A program made the position numbers and the translations under genes. Shown piece by piece: positions 62,419-64,000 of a stretch of DNA of 64,000 nt. Under the pieces are notes generated by a model. The model saw nothing but the letters and a program-made list of their open reading frames with translations. It had not been told where the DNA came from and made no database searches. The first letter of the stretch is position 1, and every line of letters starts with the position of its first letter. Source of the stretch: Patellaria atrata CBS 101060 (lineage: Eukaryota); NCBI GenBank assembly GCA_010093705.1, contig MU006094.1, positions 843,550 through 907,549 on the forward strand. Reading direction: 5' to 3'.

Positions 62419-63530
62419 AGAGACGGTAATATTATGGTATGGTTCAGAGAGCAGTTCGATTGTTTGGACGCAGCAATAGGACAGACTGTAATGGTGGTTA
62501 ACTCTCGACGATGCTCTTCGCCCTAAGAATTGGTGCTAAGCGATACCGTTACACCTGGAAGTAGAGATTCTGACTCTCCTCTCGATATCTATGCTACTTC
62601 AGGAGACTGGCCGAAGATCGTCAGAAATTATTACGTCCCAATTACCATACGAGGAAAATGTGTTGCATCGTGAACAATTCAACCCTAACCTCGACTTTTA
62701 CTCGGACCGATTCGATCATCTACTCGGTTTATTATGCACATGAGAATTGAACTTCCTTCCGGACGATGACACCACTCTTCCTATTAAAGAATTTGCAGAG
62801 ATATTTGAAGAATTGAAAATGAGAGGCAGAAAACTTAGCTATTCAAGCAGTGACGCATAAAGAAAGTTCTTCAAAGCTGAGGTGGAAGCGGATGCGAAAA
62901 ATGTTCCAATCCAGTGGTTTCTCGAACACTTTCCAGCACCAAGAAGAGACGGCACACGATCATGGAACGAAGAAAGCACGCAATTACCAAGTGAAAGCTA
63001 CATATAACGGATTCTTTTTCGATGACGTACAATAAAACAGGGCTCGTCAGCAGTAATTGTGAAGTTTTCAGCTCTACAGACCAGGGTTCACAAACTTTTC
63101 AGGGGAAGGAAGAGAGTTTCAGTCTTATTGTAAGCTCAGGAAATCATCTGTCAATGAGTACCCGATTCAGGTGGAACTTTAGGCGAGAGGAAAGGGGTGT
63201 CTAGCTTCTATGCTATTGAATCACTTGTCATCTCTCATATGACTATTTCTCCTTAGTCGATCGGAAATATTTGCATATCAATAATCAGTATGGCTGAATA
63301 GAATAGTTTCTTTAAGGTAGTATTTCTGAATATCGTGTCATCTCAGCACAAAATCACTTTCAAAAGGGAACACTAAACATTCAAGTCTCCGTTCAATATA
63401 TTGTATTCAGATCACCTGAAACAGGTAATAGCAAAACTCGGAAAATTACCACGAGCTTCCGCTACCGTTGACAACAATACATGACCTCTTGCGCTGACGA
63501 TTAAACCCAGACCGCTTTTAGACTTTGTGA

Positions 63531-64000
63531 TTACGATCCTTGCAGTCTCCTTCGTTCTATCCATTTCAATAAAGCTTCCACGTCGCGATCATGCTGATCG
63601 GCTGGTACGTACATCCACGTCTCCTTCTCCCTGTTCCAGCCCCGGTTTGGCATGTACGCTTCCAACATGTAGTAGTTGTCTCTATGGAAGGGGAAGTCCA
63701 AGCTTGGCGGCCCACTCCTTTCAAGGAAGTAGTCTGTTCCAGATAATTCGTCTTCTTTGGTCATGTGAAATCTTCTACGCTTGTTTCCCTTGTTCTCCCC
63801 GTGCCGACGAATAGAGCAAACAGTAGAGTTTAGATGTACCTCTAGAATGAGCGCATGCCATAAGGGGCTGCGCAAAGCTTTTGAGACTATTGCAGCGTTG
63901 GCCACGATAAGATCGGTATTCCACTGTGGTTGCGTTCCGCGCGGTATCATCGGAATAGGTTCGCCCTTCTCTAGATTAGGTTGCCAGTGGGCAAAATCAA
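63531..64000 (-). CDS. 3' end of a conserved hypothetical fungal protein that runs off the window edge
   Basis: The frame is open to the window end (DFAHWQPNLEKGEPIPMIPRG..NKGNKRRRFHM..FLERSGPPSLDFPFHRDNYYMLEAYMPNRGW). It resembles a Pezizomycotina family C-terminus from memory. Confidence 0.7.
   Translation of the reverse strand, partial: DFAHWQPNLEKGEPIPMIPRGTQPQWNTDLIVANAAIVSKALRSPLWHALILEVHLNSTVCSIRRHGENKGNKRRRFHMTKEDELSGTDYFLERSGPPSLDFPFHRDNYYMLEAYMPNRGWNREKETWMYVPADQHDRDVEALLKWIERRRLQGS

Overview
Eukaryotic genomic DNA from a filamentous ascomycete (Pezizomycotina): short GT-AG introns with CTAAC/CTGAC branch sites and about 24 protein-coding genes. Recognisable genes are TIM17, a histidine acid phosphatase, a ferric/cupric reductase, a Ctr copper transporter, a GPI-anchored BIM1/X325-like copper-binding protein, a BTB protein, CBP4, RTA1, a CE2/SGNH esterase, CNL1, areA/nit-2, HSK3, REC8, UBP6, ARC19 and a GNAT acetyltransferase, plus one tRNA-Lys(UUU). 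I saw no intact transposon, CRISPR array or rRNA. The main finding is an apparent three-gene copper-acquisition cluster at 15.2-22.3 kb (reductase + Ctr + BIM1-like) with shared TGAGC/GCTCA (CuRE-like) motifs in both promoters. Other observations: a sense-strand (GC)ATGGCG 3'-UTR motif downstream of many genes, repeated C-rich to G-rich skew flips independent of gene orientation, an AT in place of GT at a phosphatase splice donor, two GC-AG introns in the UBP6/ARC19 divergent pair, and MCB boxes at REC8. Exon boundaries were read by eye and family assignments come from remembered motifs, not database searches.
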